A DNA stretch of 64,000 bases from an uncultured bacterium (GTDB taxonomy: Bacteria; Fidelibacterota; Marinisomatia; Marinisomatales; UBA1611): positions 64,001 to 128,000 of the forward strand of contig CALSPG010000005.1 in the NCBI GenBank assembly GCA_943788175.1. Direction: 5' to 3'. The translations under genes and the position numbers were made by a program. The notes under the pieces are model-generated. The model was not told the DNA's origin, ran no database searches, and saw only the letters and a program-made list of their open reading frames with translations. Below, piece after piece: positions 60,957 to 64,000 of the stretch (the first letter of the stretch is position 1; every line of letters begins with the position of its first letter).

Positions 60957-63506
60957 CTAGTAATCCATATCCATTCCACCACCATTACCGCGGCCGCCAA
61001 AATTACGCCTGTTCCACTTCTTCTTTTGTTGCTTTCCAAAGTTATAATTTAGGTTAATGCTCATGTGTTTTTGTTGGCGTCTTCGTTCAGCATTCATTAA
61101 TTGTGTGTAGGTTTCTTCAGAAATTGGGTTGGTTATTTGATTATCGGTATTAATAACAAATTTCTTTGTGTCGAAAATGTCATCAATTTTCACTGTTACA
61201 CTTAATTTATTATTTAAAAAAGATTTTTGAATACCCAAGTCAGCACTAAAGTTTCCAGGACTACTTCCAGTTGTAAACTTCATCTCACCTCTTCCTCCCA
61301 TTGATAACTCTACCCTAGCAACTCTAGGAAGGTTAAGTGTTAACATGCTTCTGTAGTATGCACCTTCTGAATTACCATTAAGGTCAGATTCTCCATTTCC
61401 AGAGGTTTTACTATTCCAAGACCAGCGAGATAACATGATATTAATTAAAGGCATTGGGCGATAATTTAATATCAGGCTGCTTCCAATATTTTCTGAATTT
61501 TCTGAATTATCTGCAGTCATTATTTCATAAACTTTTCCTTCGTATTCAAACATGTCTCTATCCCACCACATGATATTATCTTTTACAAGCTTATATGAAA
61601 TACCAGCATTTACATTCAGTTTTCTTGAATTACTTGAAAATTTCATTTCTGCTACATCCGCATATTCAGGATCAAGGTAGGGATTTCCATTACGTATTCT
61701 TGAAATATCAAAAGTGTTTCTTGGAAAAGGGCTTATGGTACGGCGCCCAGGCCTGTTTACTTTTTTTGAATATCCAAGCTGTATTGTTTGCATTGATGAA
61801 AGCTTATAAATAAAAAATACACTGGGGTATACTTTTGAGTATGGATTAATGTAAGGAGATTCTTCCACAGCATTATTTATAATTGCAGATATAATGTTAC
61901 TACTATCTGGATTTAAATCATTCTCTGGGTCCGAATCAAGAGATGCTTTTGTCTCAACTTTTTCAAAACGAGCGCCTGCTTTTATACCAAAGCGATCTGA
62001 GATGTCGTAGGTAAAACTCGTATAAGCAGCATAAATATCTTCATTGTATTTATTATTGTACAATTGTTGCAAATAATTATAATCTGTTGAAAATGATTTT
62101 AAATTAGTTTTAAAACCTGTTTCAATTGATATTTTTTCATTTATTTGATCTTCATAATCCATACTAAAAGTAACACTATTGATTTTTTCTTTAAAATCTG
62201 TATCCTGATTTGTATTTAAATCATCATTCAACGAACTATTTTCAAAGTTAGACTGTGTTACATCATCTTCTTCAAGGTTAAGATCAAGGCTTGCTGTTAG
62301 TTTGCGATCAGTCGTTCCAAATTTGTTTTCGTAACTAATTGAATGGTCATGATGTTTCCCTTTATTTACTGACTCTGATTCAATAACTCTTGAAGGGGGG
62401 CTAGTGATTTCTAGATTTTCTTTCGTTGTTTCTTCATGGTCTCCAAATGCATAGGTGTAAGAAACTGAACTGTTACTACTTGGGTAATAATCTCCTCCAA
62501 GCCTGATTCCAATATTCGCTGGATTTTTAATTCTCAATGTGTTTTGGGATATAGAAGAATCTCTATCGGCATATTGGTAGGTGAAATTTCTATACCCTTT
62601 ACCAATATTGTTTCCAGACCTTGTACTTGCACCTCCAAACAGATTCCATTTTTCACTACGATAGTTAATATTGCTGTTTAAATTTCTTTTTTCGTATTCT
62701 CCAGCCATTCCAGATATCGTGCCATTAAAACCATCTAAAGCGCCTCTTTTCATAACGATATTGATTATACCGCCCACTCCATCAGGGTCATACTTTGCAG
62801 ATGGGTTTGTGATGACTTCTACTTTTTCTACCATTCCTACATTAATATTATCTACGACTCCTCGCCTGTTTGAACCAGTGATTCCAGAACGCTTTCCATC
62901 AATTAAAATAGTAACATTTGCATCACCCGCTATTGAGACTTCTCCATCAATATTTACATCAAGAGTAGGAACTTTTCGAAGGAGGTCAAATCCTGTGCCA
63001 CCAGCAGCTGTAAGGTTTTTTCCCACCTTAAAAATTTGTTTATCAACTGTTTGAATAAACTGGCTTTCATCTCCAACTACTTCTACTGCGCCTAGGTTTA
63101 CACTCGAGATTTTTAAGGAAATCTCACCCATATAATGTTTAATACTTCCGCTTTGACCAGTTGCTTTCCCAGGGAATATATTTAATGGGCCGATTTCTTT
63201 TTTTGCATAGCCTATAAACTCAACCATAACTATGTATTGCCCCAGAGGTATTTCTCGAACAATAAAGCTACCATCTTTTTTTGATAGCCCACCTGTAACT
63301 ACACTTCCGTCACGATTATCAATTAAAGAAATTGATGCATATTCAATTGGCATTCCAGAACTTGAGTCATTTACAGTTCCTTGAATCATTCCTATTGCCG
63401 GCATTTTTGGTTTTTTGCTATGACCTCCATGAGCTATTAGATGGTCAATTGATAAATAAAATAAAGAGATTAATGTTAACATTAATCTTGTAGAGTTTTT
63501 TGACAT
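60957..63506 (-). CDS. TonB-dependent receptor with N-terminal carboxypeptidase-regulatory-like domain
   Basis: PIEYASI N-domain, plug (LRKVP, EVITNPSAKYD..G.GGIINI), barrel motifs (GNPYLDPE, LNYNFG). Confidence 0.9.
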   Translation of the reverse strand: MSKNSTRLMLTLISLFYLSIDHLIAHGGHSKKPKMPAIGMIQGTVNDSSSGMPIEYASISLIDNRDGSVVTGGLSKKDGSFIVREIPLGQYIVMVEFIGYAKKEIGPLNIFPGKATGQSGSIKHYMGEISLKISSVNLGAVEVVGDESQFIQTVDKQIFKVGKNLTAAGGTGFDLLRKVPTLDVNIDGEVSIAGDANVTILIDGKRSGITGSNRRGVVDNINVGMVEKVEVITNPSAKYDPDGVGGIINIVMKRGALDGFNGTISGMAGEYEKRNLNSNINYRSEKWNLFGGASTRSGNNIGKGYRNFTYQYADRDSSISQNTLRIKNPANIGIRLGGDYYPSSNSSVSYTYAFGDHEETTKENLEITSPPSRVIESESVNKGKHHDHSISYENKFGTTDRKLTASLDLNLEEDDVTQSNFENSSLNDDLNTNQDTDFKEKINSVTFSMDYEDQINEKISIETGFKTNLKSFSTDYNYLQQLYNNKYNEDIYAAYTSFTYDISDRFGIKAGARFEKVETKASLDSDPENDLNPDSSNIISAIINNAVEESPYINPYSKVYPSVFFIYKLSSMQTIQLGYSKKVNRPGRRTISPFPRNTFDISRIRNGNPYLDPEYADVAEMKFSSNSRKLNVNAGISYKLVKDNIMWWDRDMFEYEGKVYEIMTADNSENSENIGSSLILNYRPMPLINIMLSRWSWNSKTSGNGESDLNGNSEGAYYRSMLTLNLPRVARVELSMGGRGEMKFTTGSSPGNFSADLGIQKSFLNNKLSVTVKIDDIFDTKKFVINTDNQITNPISEETYTQLMNAERRRQQKHMSINLNYNFGKQQKKKWNRRNFGGRGNGGGMDMDY

Positions 63507-63562
63507 TTGAATCCTTGAGTTATATGATATTAGACTGTGGGTATACTAAAAAGTTAAATATT

Positions 63563-64000
63563 TTAATCAGTACTATTCCAATGAATATCCATGGTATGAT
63601 ATTGTGCTTTTCTACGGTTTTTTATTTTGACAGGAAAGTTGTAGGTTGCTGTCTCTCCTGGCTCCAAAGCCGTATCTGCAATAACACCGGAATTATAAAT
63701 TATTCTTGAACCTTTAACAAAGGCAGAATCTTGTCCTGCTAGTTTAGTTGTCTGTGTGAATAAATTTGAAACAACTCTAACAAAGTCAGCTCTTCTTTTT
63801 CCAACATTTTTTATTTTACCAGAAAATTCGTGTCTGTCTGGATATATATTAACAAAAGGGTCACCTAAAAATATAACTTTTGGTTCTGGTGGTTCATGTT
63901 TATTTCGTCTAATCACCATCTCTTTTTTTAATACTAATTGACCTATTTGTGTTTTTAATACCATTGATGAATCTGTTTCGCTTAAGATATCACCCATGAC
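63563..64000 (-). CDS. Hypothetical protein with FxLYD-like Ig domain (5' end outside the window)
   Basis: Frame is open to the window edge; G.IKN.G...ADFVRV...LF and LEPGETATY pattern. Confidence 0.55.
   Translation of the reverse strand, partial: VMGDILSETDSSMVLKTQIGQLVLKKEMVIRRNKHEPPEPKVIFLGDPFVNIYPDRHEFSGKIKNVGKRRADFVRVVSNLFTQTTKLAGQDSAFVKGSRIIYNSGVIADTALEPGETATYNFPVKIKNRRKAQYHTMDIHWNSTD

Overview
AT-rich (roughly one-third GC by eye, not computed), gene-dense chromosomal segment of a Gram-negative bacterium. The gene set (Kdo/Lpt LPS genes, rpoN, type-B L31, a DGGGPS-like UbiA protein, Bacteroidota-like peptidase/DUF6702/TonB genes) suggests a streamlined marine FCB-group organism such as Marinimicrobia; this is an inference. 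Most of the window is housekeeping: glycosyltransferases, amidase-murI-folC, rho-...-rpmE2-DUF1385-prfA-prmC-dnaE-dtd, ligA, carAB, a TolC/MacAB-type exporter, kdsB-pyrG-kdsA-kdsC-lptC-lptB-rpoN-hflKC-hslVU-argF and a TonB-dependent receptor. I saw no rRNA, tRNA, transposase, integrase, prophage or CRISPR array. Two loci stand out. (1) A stand-alone Cas6b-like protein (7948-8910) has an intact Cas6 G-rich loop, has no histidine in the domain and carries a ~100-aa charged tail; it sits inside the rho-rpmE-prfA-prmC cluster with no cas genes or array in the window. (2) A self-contained unit of two paralogous ~70-aa hydrophobic proteins (2320-2813), each preceded by a hairpin containing an anti-Shine-Dalgarno sequence. 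Also notable: a candidate promoter-terminator attenuator before carAB, an Sm-fold-like small protein, a cysteine dioxygenase with the eukaryote-type Cys, a plant-like ornithine carbamoyltransferase and a peptidase-propeller-Omp85 fusion. Several single-base frame anomalies (carA, a lipoprotein gene, the first GT junction) suggest the assembly contains indel errors.
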